A stretch of 63,448 nt of DNA, filler included, from Octopus bimaculoides (lineage: Eukaryota): assembly GCF_001194135.2 (NCBI RefSeq). It is 5 parts of 5 records of this genome, joined end to end, with 100 filler letters (N's around TTAATTAATTAA, not from the genome) between each part and the next. Parts side by side here need not be neighbours in the genome. Positions count along the whole stretch, not along the records: positions 1 to 6,005 come from NC_068986.1; positions 6,106 to 34,236 come from NC_068991.1; 3 more parts are not named here. One strand, given 5' to 3'. Of this stretch, positions 1 through 12,208 are shown piece after piece. Made by a program: the position numbers and the translations under genes. Numbering within the stretch: the first letter of the stretch is position 1; each line of letters begins with the position of its first letter. The notes below the pieces were generated by a model. That model was not told where the DNA came from. It searched no databases and worked only from the letters and a program-made list of their open reading frames with translations.

Positions 1-720
1 TGGGTGTGTATGTGGGTGTGTGCGTGTGTGTGCGTATGTGTGTGGATGTGCGTGTGTGTGTGGGGGATTGTGAGTGTTAGGTACGGGTGTGTGTGTGTGT
101 ATGCGCGTGTGTTTATGTGTGTCTGTATGTGTGTGTCCGTGTGCGTGTGTGTGCGCGTGTGTGTATATTCTTTGTACGTGCGTGTATGTGTATATTGTGT
201 ATGTTTTCGTGCGTGCGTGTGTGTTGTGTATGTGAGTGAGTATTGTGTATGTGAGAGGTGTGTGTGCGTGTGTGCATGTATGTATATGTGTATGTGTGTT
301 GTGTATGTGTGTGTGTGCGTTTATGTATGTGAGAGGTGTGTGTGCGTGTGTGTATGTGTGTGCTTATGTGTGTGTGCGTGCGTATGTGTGTGAGAGCGTA
401 AGGATGTGTGCCAGGTATGTGTGTTATTTTGTGTGTGCACTCCTGTGTGTATGTGTGTGCATATGAATGTAGCTATATGTATGTATTTATGTATGTATAT
501 ATATATACATACACACACACACACATATATGTATATATATATATANNNNNNNNNNTATATATATATATATATATATATATGAATGTATGTATATATGTAT
601 GTATGCATGCATATATATGTATATATATGTGTATATAGGTATATGTATGTATATATGTGTGTATATGTATACCTATGTATAGAAATGTATATATGTGCAT
701 GTGTGTGTATCAACAAATTC

Positions 721-775
<55 letters not shown>

Positions 776-976
776 TGCACGTACAAACAAATAGCGAAAC
801 CCCCACACAGATACACCCCTACGCATATCCCCATATCCACATCCACAGAAAGTCATCTTGTACATCCCCACACCACACGTACAGGACACATAACCTCATA
901 TTGAAAGAAGGGAAAAACGTAGCTGATGAAAGTAAATAAAAAGTCAACAAACATTATATATAGTTGCAAACACCAT

Positions 977-1007
<31 letters not shown>

Positions 1008-1612
1008 ACACACAGACACACACAAATATATATATCTATCTATCTATCTATCTATACATACATACATACATATGCATATACGTATACCTATATATATATA
1101 TANNNNNNNNNNNNNNNNNNNNNNNNNNNNNNNNNNNNNNNNNNNNNNNNNNNNNNNNNNNNNNNNNNNNNNNNNNNNNNNNNNNNNNNNNNNNNNNNNN
1201 NNNNNNNNNNNNNNNNNNNNNNNNNNNNNNNNNNNNNNNNNNNNNNNNNNNNNNNNNNNNNNNNNNNNNNNNNNNNNNNNNNNNNNNNNNNNNNNNNNNN
1301 NNNNNNNNNNNNNNNNNNNNNNNNNNNNNNNNNNNNNNNNNNNNNNNNNNNNNNNNNNNNNNNNNNNNNNNNNNNNNNNNNNNNNNNNNNNNNNNNNNNN
1401 NNNNNNNNNNNNNNNNNNNNNNNNNNNNNNNNNNNNNNNNNNNNNNNNNNNNNNNNNNNNNNNNNNNNNNNNNNNNNNNNNNNNNNNNNNNNNNNNNNNN
1501 NNNNNNNNNNNNNNNNNNNNNNNNNNNNNNNNNNNNNNNNNNNNNNNNNNNNNNNNNNNNNNNNNNNNNNNNNNNNNNNNNNNNNNNNNNNNNNNNNNNN
1601 NNNNNNNNNNNN

Positions 1613-1660
<48 letters not shown>
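1..1660. repeat. Compound (TG)n/(TA)n/(CA)n microsatellite field with N gaps
   Basis: Directly visible dinucleotide runs at 1-776, 977-1102 and 1613-1657. The overlapping ORFs (CVCV, YIYI, HTHT) are repeat read-through. Confidence 0.97.
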
Positions 1661-1880
1661 CGGACACAAATGAACATTTGAATATAAGAGTGGACTTTAA
1701 CAAGTGCCTCACCTACTCTATTTATTTAAATAAATACTCGAGAAACGTTTACTTTAAGTAGTATGACATGTGTATACTGTTTTCTCTTTTTCTTTGAAAT
1801 AGAAAACATACGTATGGATGCTTGTGTATGTGCGTATGTATGTGTCCGGACCTATATGTACATATCTATCTATCTATCTG

Positions 1881-1925
<45 letters not shown>

Positions 1926-2003
1926 GCATATACATACATTTATATAAGTGTGTGTAGAATTTATGAATGTGTTTGTGTGCATGTGTACACGAATGTATTA
2001 GTA

Positions 2004-2056
<53 letters not shown>

Positions 2057-2057
2057 T
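2004..2057. repeat. (AAT)n microsatellite abutting a LINE 3' end
   Basis: Perfect AAT run immediately next to the minus-strand LINE terminus ...GATAAAGAAAGC. Confidence 0.97.
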
Positions 2058-3700
2058 GCTTTCTTTATCAACCACGAAGTGTTGACAAAAAGATCGAGGA
2101 CGGTACAGGAGGATACAGTGTGGGATTATATTTAAAAAAAATGTGTAAACAAGAGATTACAAAACAAAAAGAAAAACTCGAAAAGAATAAAAATTCTCCA
2201 CAAGGTGGCGGGATGGTGCTAGACTTTCTCAAAGGTACTTGTGGAACCCCAGAAAAACCACGGTCACTCTGACCACTAAGGTAGGTGTCCTCACCCAGCT
2301 GTCTTTGTCTAATTAACAGGTGTATGATTTGAGTCATGCTCTTTCACACGGACCATACTCGACAGTCTCAACAAACTCATCCACTTTCCAATAAATTCAT
2401 TAGGAAGAAGCACTTCCTTTCCCGCCTTCATTTTCCTTCTTCAGTAAAACTGGATAATGTTGAGCGCTTGACCAAAGAGTAATGTATCTCCGCTCAGCTC
2501 TTTCAGTCACGTTCACTACACAGCTACTTTCTAAGTTCACCACACAGATAAAAACTATCTATTTTTGCCCCAAAGAAAACGACAGGCGATCTTCACAATT
2601 GCTCCAGCTGATAGCTGGACCCGTCCTAAATGCGGTAGCAACTATACGACATTTTCCCCCCGTGTCAAAATGCTCGGCCACTGGATGAGTGTGCGCAGAA
2701 CGGTTTCGTTACTTTGCGCGCATCTTGGACAGGCTCAGTTGACAGTACTTCAATGTTTGCAGAGTTTCTCCTGAACCGGCAATCCCCACTCTCCGTTAGC
2801 ACAAACAGACCAGGGATTTCTAGAAATTATTCAGTATTATGGATCCAGGTGATAGCCGAAACAGACAAGCCAATTGACTTCCATCGACTCCCAAAATTTT
2901 CCCGAGAACGGCGTCGTTGTTCACTATTAATCATTTAGAGAGCGTGAACGTGGAAATTTCACCTACTGAAATTTGCGTTTAGCAGAGTTATGAGCCGAAA
3001 ATGATCAATGTGGTATACTTGTCCAGGTCTTTTCTCAGACGTGCTACGCTTCTTGGCTCACAGGACTAGGAAAATTCTACTGTTCTGCCAACTGAGATAG
3101 ATATCTGCTAAATCGCCAAATGCCTGGTATATAAGCGTTGAGCATGTAGGGTAGACCATCCAATCCAGGTGACTTGCCCTTCGTGCAGCTATTCGCCGCT
3201 TTCCATATTTCAGTAGCTGCTCCCGGCTTTTCTCAACACTCTGCCTCTGTTGTTGGGAGTCGCATCAAGCTGTTGAGGCCAGTACTGAAATCCATCCTGC
3301 GATTCGGCCCACTATTCATCCCAAGCAATCAAGCAAAGTGCTGTTGAAAAGTCGCACACATCTGTTTGGGATTTAGTAATCACGCACTCATCATGGTCCG
3401 CCAAACACATAGGCCTTCGCTGATCGCAGGTTTGTTCTGAAGGAGCAATAACTGCTAGGACGTACACAAGCAAATATAATTGTAGTAGTGCAACAACTTT
3501 TGCTCTCTGATTCTGTCAGTGTCCACCTCAGCTGTGACTTTCTAGAATCTACAGGCGTATAGGAAGGAGTCACTGGAACTGCTACAAATGGCAGCCAAAG
3601 GTATCTCAAATTCTCTTAAAAGATTTATTGAAGAGTAGCCCCTGGAATGCCCAAAAGACGGGATGGTTACGAATGGAACACCATTGATCATGGATTTATT
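2058..3700 (-). mobile_element. L1/Tx1-type non-LTR retrotransposon, degraded and internally deleted
   Basis: Manual minus-strand translation gives KGKSPGLDGLPY (~3150-3185), LRKDLDK and DHFRLITLLNANF (RT N-terminus, ~2970-3040), then CPRCAQSNETVLRTLIQWP (decayed CCHC zinc knuckle, ~2680-2735). The 3' UTR ends ATAAAGAAAGC at the (AAT)n array. Many stops and frameshifts. Confidence 0.85.
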
Positions 3701-4611
3701 CCATTCATTTTCCATCAACAACAACATGCGTACAAGAACAAAGTAAATAGGGAAGAAAAATGTAATCTAATTAAACTGTAAAACTGCATAAACGCTGCAT
3801 ATTGCATGGCACAATGCTGTCTTCAACATTTATGAGCCTGAAGCGCTATATCTATAGATATTTCCATCCTTCGGAAGATCAACAGATGTAGAACTACTAT
3901 CACAGATCTAGTACAACTCTACTAACGTCTTATATGCCTGTTCGGCCATGGATAACCTGGGCTAAACAACAGCTAAAACAAATTACTTTCGACATTGTTT
4001 CAAACGGAATCAATAGAAGCTAGCCCTGTGGAATATTTGATTACTCTAAAAGAAATAACAGCCAAAACAATCAAGGAATAAATCAGCAGGACAGAAATGA
4101 GTGTTGTTGACTCAGAAGGAATTAGAAGAGTGATAATCAGGGCTAGAAAGCAGCTGCTAATAACTCATTGCTTAATATGGAAGAAAAGAAGATCCTCCCA
4201 AAAGTAACCTTGAGAAGAAAAAAAACAACAACAACAAAAAAAAAAACGAAAAATAAGCAAAAAACAAATCGAAAAATAAGAAAGGGAAAAGAAACTGAGA
4301 AACCATTATCAATCACGACATATTAGCGAAGGATATCCAGCAAAAAAAAGAAAAAAATAGTATTTAAACAATTATCCATCCGGCAAGAAAAAAAAATCAC
4401 ACCTTAAATTGAACTTAGTTTTCACACACACACACGTGTGTGTGTGTTGGTTTTGTAATTGATTAGAAAGGTCTTGTAAAAAGCCACTCAAAATACAATT
4501 GTAAAGGCATTGAAAACATTCTTTCAAAAGCCATCTGATTCTCTGTTGGAAAAAAACCCAGTAATATTGACTGTAAATTGTGGCACAAGACCAGCAATTT
4601 CAGGGACGGGT

Positions 4612-4778
4612 AAGTTGATTACAACGACCTTAGTGCTTAACTGGTGCTTATTTTATCAACTCCAAAAGGATAAAAGGCAAATCCGACGTGGGCGGAATTT
4701 GAACTCAAATGTTTAAGACAGACTACCCACGAAGCATTTTGCCCGGCGTTGTTAACGATTCAGCTAGCTCGACGCTTT
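4612..4778 (-). mobile_element. tRNA-headed SINE, family B (TTCATCCTTTCGGGGTCGATAAA core), degenerate
   Basis: Reverse complement matches the head and core of the 4841-5143 copy (GCTGAATCGTTAAC..GCCGGGCAAAATGCTT..GAGTTCAAATTCCGCC). Confidence 0.8.
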
Positions 4779-4812
4779 CATAATAACGGTAGATTTTAAC
4801 AACATTGCCAAT

Positions 4813-5300
4813 AAAGGCAACGCGCTGGCAGAATCCTTAAGAAGGCGGCGAGCTGGCAGAATCGTTAGCACGCCGGGCGAAATGCTTAATGGTATTTCGT
4901 CTGCCGTTACGTTCTGAGTTCAAATTCCGCCGAGGTCGACTTTACTTTTCATCCTTTCGGGGTCGATAAATTANNNNNNNNNNTGAGTTCAAATTCCGCC
5001 GAGGTCGACTTTACTTTTCATCCTTTCGGGGTCGATAAATTAAGTACCAGTTACGCACTAGGGTCGATGTAATCGACTTAATCCCTTTGTCTGTCCTTGT
5101 TTGCCCCCTCTATGTTTAGCCCCTTGTGGGCAATAAAGAAATAAGAATCCTTAACTCGTTTGGCAAAATGCTTCACGGCATTTCTTTATGTTTTGAGTTC
5201 AAATTCTGCCGAAGTCATCTTTCTTTTTCATCCTTTCGGAGTTTATAAAGTAAGTACTAGTTGAGCTCTAGGGTCGATGTAGTCGACTTATCCTCCCCAA
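4813..5300 (+). mobile_element. Older family-B SINE split by a younger insertion
   Basis: Head AAAGGCAACGCGCTGGCAGAATCCTTAA (4813-4840) resumes at 5155 as CTCGTTTGGCAAAATGCTTCACGGC..GAGTTCAAATTCTGCCGAAG..TTCATCCTTTCGGAG. Confidence 0.8.
4841..5143 (+). mobile_element. Young family-B SINE with 11-bp TSD
   Basis: TSD AGAATCCTTAA at 4830-4840 and 5144-5154. Head carries A-box-like TGGCAGAATCG and B-box-like GAGTTCAAATTCC; A-rich tail CAATAAAGAAATA. Confidence 0.93.
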
Positions 5301-5654
5301 AAACTGCTGGACTTAGCTGACGGAAAATATTTCAGGAGCGCGTTCTACTTATCAAATACACATACGGTAGGGTCTCACACACATATAGAGGGTTGGGGAA
5401 AGACAAAAACAAAGCATTCTGGTAATTGAAATTATCCTTGCAATTATAAGACGAAAACTTGCTGTCGGAGTGTTTAAAATTAAATAATAAATGAAGGAAG
5501 CTAAAACCACATTTATCCTAAAATAGATAATTAACTCTGAAACTTACTTTAAAGATATCGAAACTTAATCCCATTCTTGTTGGCTACATGTGGGGCATCA
5601 ATGCATTCTATCAGCTATTCCTTGGTCTAGGATGACAAACATACAAGAAAAATA

Positions 5655-5965
5655 GGATCTAGTTCAAAACGGGGGCAACAGTTTTCATTTATGTTTTATG
5701 TAGTGTTTTTGGTACCGAAAGACTTTCAAACTTCGTATACTTATCTATTTTGTGTTATAGAACAGAAAAAAATTTTTGTATTCGGAGTTATTTCATGTAA
5801 GAAATTGTCTTATTTCGATAATTTCAACCAATCACTGACAAGTATTCACCTGTTTACAGTTACTCCTTTGGCAGTTTAAGCGGTGTAAAGCGTATTTAAT
5901 CTCCATTTATAATTTCGTTAACATCTGCCTGAACTATATGTGTACAACATTTGCTTTTTTCATTT
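5655..5965. mobile_element. One arm of a GGATCT-terminated MITE (same family as 57481-58065)
   Basis: Starts GGATCTAGTTCAAAACGGGGGCAACAG and is near-identical to the reverse complement of 57810-58065. The other end is not visible before the gap. Confidence 0.85.
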
Positions 5966-6049
5966 TCTTTCACGCGTGTTTATTTCGTTAACATCTGCCT
6001 GAACTNNNNNNNNNNNNNNNNNNNNNNNNNNNNNNNNNNNNNNNNNNNN

Positions 6050-6061
6050 TTAATTAATTAA
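6050..6061. other. Scaffolding spacer TTAATTAATTAA inside a 100-base N gap (also 34281-34292, 52602-52613, 62344-62355)
   Basis: Identical palindromic 12-mer embedded in N runs at all four sites (44 N on each side where counted, at 6050 and 34281). It encodes stops in all six frames, so it is an assembly artefact. Confidence 0.95.
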
Positions 6062-6105
6062 NNNNNNNNNNNNNNNNNNNNNNNNNNNNNNNNNNNNNNN
6101 NNNNN

Positions 6106-6120
6106 TACTACTACTACTAC

Positions 6121-6180
<60 letters not shown>
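6106..6180. repeat. (TAC)n microsatellite
   Basis: Directly visible. Confidence 0.97.
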
Positions 6181-6813
6181 AGTGACAGCAACTGGAACAT
6201 CAAAACCGACAACTATAATATACACACAAATATTGTAAACTCAACTGGGACTGAACGACGACGATAATAACGACAGCTATAATAGCTTGACAATATTTAT
6301 ATTTCCACGTGATGCCGGAAGGGGGCACTTACCACGAAATGTAACAGCTCGGAAGTGAACATATGACAATGGAAATACTGGCAGATATCTGCAGTCACTT
6401 AGAGGAATTGCCGTCTGTTCAAGTATTTACTGCGGCTTAAATAATTTACTCAACTGTCCATTAATCATTGACCCCTTTCTTATATCTTCCTTTCCAGAAC
6501 ATCAGTCTTTTGGAATTTTCTCTCTACCTATATTTTTCTCTCGTATGTGTTGTTCAAGAACGTTAACTTCATTGACTTCCTATCAGTCTTGAAGGATTTG
6601 CGAGAGTCATGAAAACAATCCTGTCTTCAAGAACAATTCATCGCTTCCAAGTCCGGTACGAAGCTATATTTCTTCTCTTTTATATCTAATGCCCCCAAGA
6701 AGGTCGTGAATTCCGTACCTTCCAATTCACAATTTCCTTAATTTGGTGAATTCTCCGTGAAGTCTTTAAAGGCAGTGATTGGTAGAAGCGGTAGTTGATT
6801 ATATATTAAGTTA

Positions 6814-7933
6814 CGGGTGTCGGCTGAAAAGTTCATAAGCTGATCAAGATACTCTCATAGAATGTGACCAAATAAGGTTTATTCTTCAACATAGTTTCTC
6901 TTACAGTCCACACACTTCTTCCATCGGTGTTACAGTGCTTGGGTCCCTCGGTGACGAAGCTTTCATTTTGTTGGTAGAAAAAGTCATAAACAGAAGATAT
7001 GACGTATTTATCACTGTGATACTGGTTCCCAGCCAACTATTGTATCATGTTGGGAAAGAGATGATAGTCAGTTGGGGCCAAATCAGGAGAATAGAAAGGA
7101 TGATCAACAGCAGCCACTGAAAGTAAGGGTTTGTGTGCTGGAGCATTGTCTTGATAAAAGACGCCCTTCATCAGTTTTCCTGACCTTGATAACCTTTCAT
7201 AACTGCCTCAGTAAGTTGACAGTACTCACTATTGATGGTGTGGCCATTTTGAAGATAAATATAATGCCATTTACATCCCCCAAAACGCTGAGGCCATCCC
7301 TTTACCTGCAGATGAAACGTGTTTGGCCTTCTTTGGAGCAGGTGAGGAGGGATGGTTGCATTGCATGGATTATCACTTTGTCTCTGGCACAAAGTGAAGC
7401 CAACAATCATTTTAGGTCAGGAAACGTTTGAGGAAACCAACTGGATCTCAAGCAAAGTCAGATCTTGTGATCTGATCATCCTGGTGCACTTTTGATGAGG
7501 TGCCAGAAGATGCAGCCCCCTCCGAGCAAAAACTTTCATCATACCAAGTCTATTGTGCAGAATATTCTCATCTCTCTCTCACTTGATTTATAGTCAATCG
7601 CTTGTCATCCCTCATCATGTGGTGAACACAATCGATATTTTCCTCGGTGGTGGAAGTTGCAGGACGTCCAGACATTGGGTCATCTTCAAGACTCTCCGTT
7701 CCCTTACTAAATTCAGCTGCCCACTTTTGCGCTGTTGCTAAAACTAGAGCGTCATCATCTAATGTAGCAACCATGTTAGCATGAATTCGTTGGAGGCTAA
7801 ACCCTTTTTTCTGCATGTATTTGATAACATCATGGTGCCAAATTCTGTCGATTTTCGCTACTAGTTATTTTTGAAGTCTTCTTTGAACGGTCAGATGTCA
7901 ATTTACCTGCAAAGAAACAATACAGTTAGTAAT
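6814..7933 (-). mobile_element. Mariner (Tc1/mariner, DD34D-type) transposon with degraded transposase; one TIR present
   Basis: Minus strand: IDRIWHHDVIKYMQKKG..KWAAEF..LEDDPMSGRP (HTH), QDNAPAH..YSPDLAPTDYHLFP and HRWKKCVDCKRNYVEE* (stop 6879-6881). TIR CGGGTGTCGGCTGAAAAGTTCATAAGC follows TA at 6812-6813. The start codon is ATC at 7852, and only 26 aa lie between the last two Asp residues (in-frame deletion). Confidence 0.93.
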
Positions 7934-7934
7934 G

Positions 7935-10470
7935 CAGACTGCAAGCGGCAAGGGAACATTTTAAAATATATATGGAAACAAATATCCACAAGAACGAAAA
8001 TGCACCAACTGCAGGTTTGTAATAAACCCATCGGCAGTGTATTGCAGTAATTAAAAGCCGATCTGGAATGTGAACAAACAACACAATCGTAGTGCAATGC
8101 CATTAGATGAAATACAGAGTGAATGGTGTTCAAATGTCTCACCTGAAACTTATAATATCTGCAGTAGATATCTCCCCTAGCGGTTGTTTAAAAACTGATA
8201 AATGGGATAGACCTTACAGTCGGTTTGATTTAGAAGGATCACATTCTCCAAGACAGCCTTCGTCAACATATTCAAAGGAACAACGAACTCTAAGATTCAA
8301 ATGTCAGACTGGTTGGCAGATGCATGTATGTCACTAGAAGCTAAAAGCCGCAAGAGACATCTAAAGACCCATAGCATGCTTGAATGTGATGTATAAAACA
8401 TATACAGATTATTTTAATTCCTTCTTCCAGGATCATTGTAAAACATACAATGTAGTGACTGAAGAGTAAGCTGTGGGAAGAACTGCTCATTAACTAAGCA
8501 GTCCTTAAAGAAGCGAACAGCACTGCCGAAATCTGATGACTGCAGGGCTAGACAGTGAGAAAGCATTTGACTCTATTCTTCACTCATCGATACTTGAGAT
8601 ACTATGACTTGCTAAGGCTTCAACTGCTATAGTCAATACCATTAAGAAGCTGACAGTAACACTGTCCACCCAGCTGTCATTAACAATTGAAGCTATTATT
8701 AATACTATACTCACTAACAGAATTAGGCTACTAACAGAAATATTTCAGGGTGACTGTTTATCTATAATGTTTTTCATCCAAACAGTAAACTTGTCAATCC
8801 TGTTAAGCAAATACAGACAATATGACAGGAACTGCATATGAAAGAAAGGTTAATTTCACGCCCATCATTTTTGATGATAACTTTAAGCTATGCTCGAGTA
8901 ATGTGCATGACAATAAGAAGCAGTTAGAACTGGCCATAAAGTTCTCATGGAACATAAAAATGGAGTTTTTCCAGTACAAGTCTTTATATTTGGTGCTCAA
9001 ACGAGGAAAGATTGTTGACTGGGCCAGGAATAAGGATATCAATAGCCTTCTATCACCTTTACCACTAGTGAGGAATATAGCAAGTACCTTGGAATAGATG
9101 AGAATATTGCATATAAATACTTCAGCAGTTTTCGGAAGATATGGAAGAGCTGTCTGCATGCAATAAAACTATGTGCCAGAGTACCTTCGCTGTGCCAGTG
9201 GCAATAAGAGTGTTTAAGTTATTAGTCTAAATACTTGAAGGAATTCGCAACATAGACATCAAATCCAGAAAAATATTAATAACTGGTAACTTCCATATCA
9301 GTACACTGCAGGATTTATGTTAAACGGGTGGATAGAGGTAGAGGCATAAAATGAATTCAGATGGTATCCGAATGCCGCATTGAGTCAACGCCTACTGAAT
9401 AGCCTACTGAATAGCAAAGAGAGAAATTAATTCATCTCATCTATATTCAAAAGTAAAGGCAATAACATAGTAAAATTAAGCGGGGAACTCCAGAACATAT
9501 ACTCCGAGTTTGATGTGAATCTTGGTTAGCTGGAGTGATACATTTAAACAGAAACCTGGAAAAGGAATACCCGTCATACCAGCCGAAAGTAGCTTTGAAG
9601 GCTATGCTTTTGTTATTTAAGAACAGGAGACAGCTAATAAATATCTGACCAACAAAAGAGATAAAGATGCCTCTAGATATCGGCATTGAGATAGAAACTG
9701 TCAATCGCATAAAATATTACTCATATCATCAGTAACATCACCAAACTTACCTGCGAGAGACAACCTTCTCATATTTCCTTCTCATATTTCCTTCTCATGA
9801 AATATGATATTATCGCAAGGCGGATTGTCCTGATTGCCATACCAAAGGTACACCAGAACCAGAGAGTATTCACAACTTTAAAAGTAAAGAATACTAGTAG
9901 AGCAGTCCAATAAAAACAAGTGTGAGCATAATGGGACACATATAATTGTATGCGCCAGGGAACAAACGTTGTGCACTGTTGTAGAGATTAGTTGCCCAAA
10001 GGATGTGAACGTTTCTTCAAAAGTTGAAGACAAGAACATCTTTGAAGAACTACAGCTATTTTATTATTTGTTAATATTATCATAAGTACAATGGGTTACA
10101 TAACAAATATGTATTTTTATGCATACTTGGGTTCTACATAAAAGAACAGAGCAGACTAATTGGCACAGAACAAATATAATCGAATAAAGGAATAGTAAAC
10201 ATTTGTAAAACATTTCTAGAATTCTCCATTTGAAGTACCTGGATAGATTAGGCACACAATTAATATGCATATGGAATACATATGAATACACACAAATAAA
10301 GAGTAATGTATCATGGATTTGTCATGTGTGTATACATAAAACAACGCTAATAACCACAATGTACAAGAGCTGTCTTGACTCAAACAAAATAACCTTGCTA
10401 TGTTGTTAGCGACCGGCTTGAATTCTAGATCTGAAATTTTCATTAAATGTAAGAATCAGAACAAATTTGT
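7935..10470 (+). mobile_element. R4/Dong-type (RLE) non-LTR retrotransposon, 5'-truncated and heavily degraded
   Basis: Plus-strand motifs in order: RPIACLNVMYKTYT (~8365), DSEKAFDSILHS (~8550), IFQGDCLS (~8740), FDDNFKL..IKMEF..LKRGKIV (ORF 8822-9097), KYLGIDE, NIDIKSRK, KCEHNGTHIIV..CTVVEISCPKDVNV (RLE, ~9920-10020), ICKTFLEFSI* (stop 10231-10233). The 3' boundary is approximate. Confidence 0.88.
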
Positions 10471-10869
10471 ATTATTGAACTGGAAAACATCCCCCTCTCG
10501 GAATAAGCATATCTTTAACCTTTCCCGATTGAATTAATTATAACTATATTTATCCTGACTTTGAAGGGTCAAATGGACGTAATACTTAATTCCTTTACCT
10601 CCATATTTCTTTTGTTCTTTTTTTCTCATTCCACTTCCTTCTTTTACCTTCTTCCTCTCGACCTTTTTCGCTCTTACTCGCCATGTTGTATTTTGAGTCT
10701 GAATGATTGCTTGAAAATACAAGCTTGTCAAACCATTGTATTTCCAAAGCATGAAAGTAATAATAGCTTGCATTTACATCGTGTGTATATTAAAGGATAT
10801 TTAGCTCGCCCTAAATGGAATGCTTTTATGTTGATCACACCGATACATGTCTCCCTCTACCTCTCCCTT

Positions 10870-10887
10870 TTCCTTTCTCTCGCTCCT

Positions 10888-10919
<32 letters not shown>

Positions 10920-10991
10920 GCTCTCTCTCTTAATATATATATATGCGTATATATGTATGANNNNNNNNNNGTATGTATGTATGTATGTACG

Positions 10992-11049
<58 letters not shown>

Positions 11050-11279
11050 CACGCACACATACACACACGCACATATAGGTAGATAAATAGACAGGTAGAG
11101 AGAAAGGGAGAAATAGAGAGAGAGAGAGAGGGAGAGAGAAATAGAGTGAGAGAGAGAAATAGAGTGAGAGAGGCAAAGACAAAGTGATAGGCCGACCGGT
11201 GAATAGATAGATCTGGTGTGCGTGCGTGTGTGCGTGCGTGTGTGCGTGCGTGTGTCTGCTTGTGTGTCGTGTGTGTGCA

Positions 11280-11325
<46 letters not shown>

Positions 11326-11330
11326 TGTGC
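10870..11330. repeat. Compound (CT)n/(TA)n/(ATCT)n/(GA)n/(GT)n microsatellites
   Basis: Directly visible. Confidence 0.95.
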
Positions 11331-11680
11331 GTAAGTAAAACCTAAAAAACGTAGCCTTACTCAGAGTAGACTGTAGAGCACATTTCTCGAAATGATTTTT
11401 GATGTTACTGAAAAACAAGAACATCAACAATAATAAGAAGCTTCTATGTGCTCAAAGGAATTTCTAGAAATAGCAACCAAATTACCTTCACGCTACAATT
11501 TTAAACATTCAGAAATTTAGAATGAAAGAAAACAGATTGATAATCTCAAAAATCAAAAATTCTTCAAAATTGACAAGCCATTAACGCAAAGACAATTGCC
11601 TGGAGATGAGGTGGGATAGCTGTTGTTACATGTTTCTATCTCAATGGGCGACATCAGTACTGCGGCCACCTTACCTATTC

Positions 11681-11747
<67 letters not shown>

Positions 11748-11810
11748 GTCTATCTATCTGTATGTTTGTCTATCTGCCTGTCTGACTACTTCTGTACATA
11801 TCCTTTTTTT

Positions 11811-11995
11811 TCATTCTTTTATTTATTTCAGTCATTTGACTGCATTTATGCTGGAGCGCCGCCTTTAGTAAAAAAAAACTGACCCTAGGACTTATTTTTT
11901 GGAAGTCTAGTACTTATTCTATCGGTAACTTTACCGCTAGCTTACGGGGACATAAGCACACCAACATCAGTTGTCACGCGATGGTGGGGGACAAG

Positions 11996-12027
<32 letters not shown>

Positions 12028-12198
12028 TACACACATATACGCAGGCTTCTTTCACTTTCTATCTACCAAATCCACTCACAAAGCGTTGGTCGGCCCGAGG
12101 CTATAGTAGAAGACACTTACTTAAGGTGCCATCTAGTGGAACTGAAGTCGGAACTATGTGGTTGGGAAGCAAGCTTCTTACCACACAGCCACGCCTGC
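11811..12198 (-). mobile_element. tRNA-headed SINE, family A (CORE-like GGCACCTTGGGCAAGTG), with internal microsatellite
   Basis: Reverse complement is collinear with the 61377-61776 copy (head, core, GAAGCC, (CA)n, tail GACTGAAA). Confidence 0.9.
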
Positions 12199-12208
12199 NN
12201 NNNNNNNN

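Noticed and set aside
4-1761. Long ORFs such as CVCV.., HTHT.., YIYI.. and X-filled ORFs throughout the track
   Set aside because: They are translations of dinucleotide/trinucleotide repeats and N gaps with no stop codons, not genes.
4915-5043. Exact ~59-bp direct repeat flanking a 10-N gap (CRISPR- or tandem-like)
   Set aside because: Unmerged overlapping contig ends within one SINE; removing one copy restores the family sequence.
6050-6061. Recurrent perfectly conserved palindrome TTAATTAATTAA (4 copies)
   Set aside because: Always embedded in N runs; an artificial six-frame-stop scaffold spacer.
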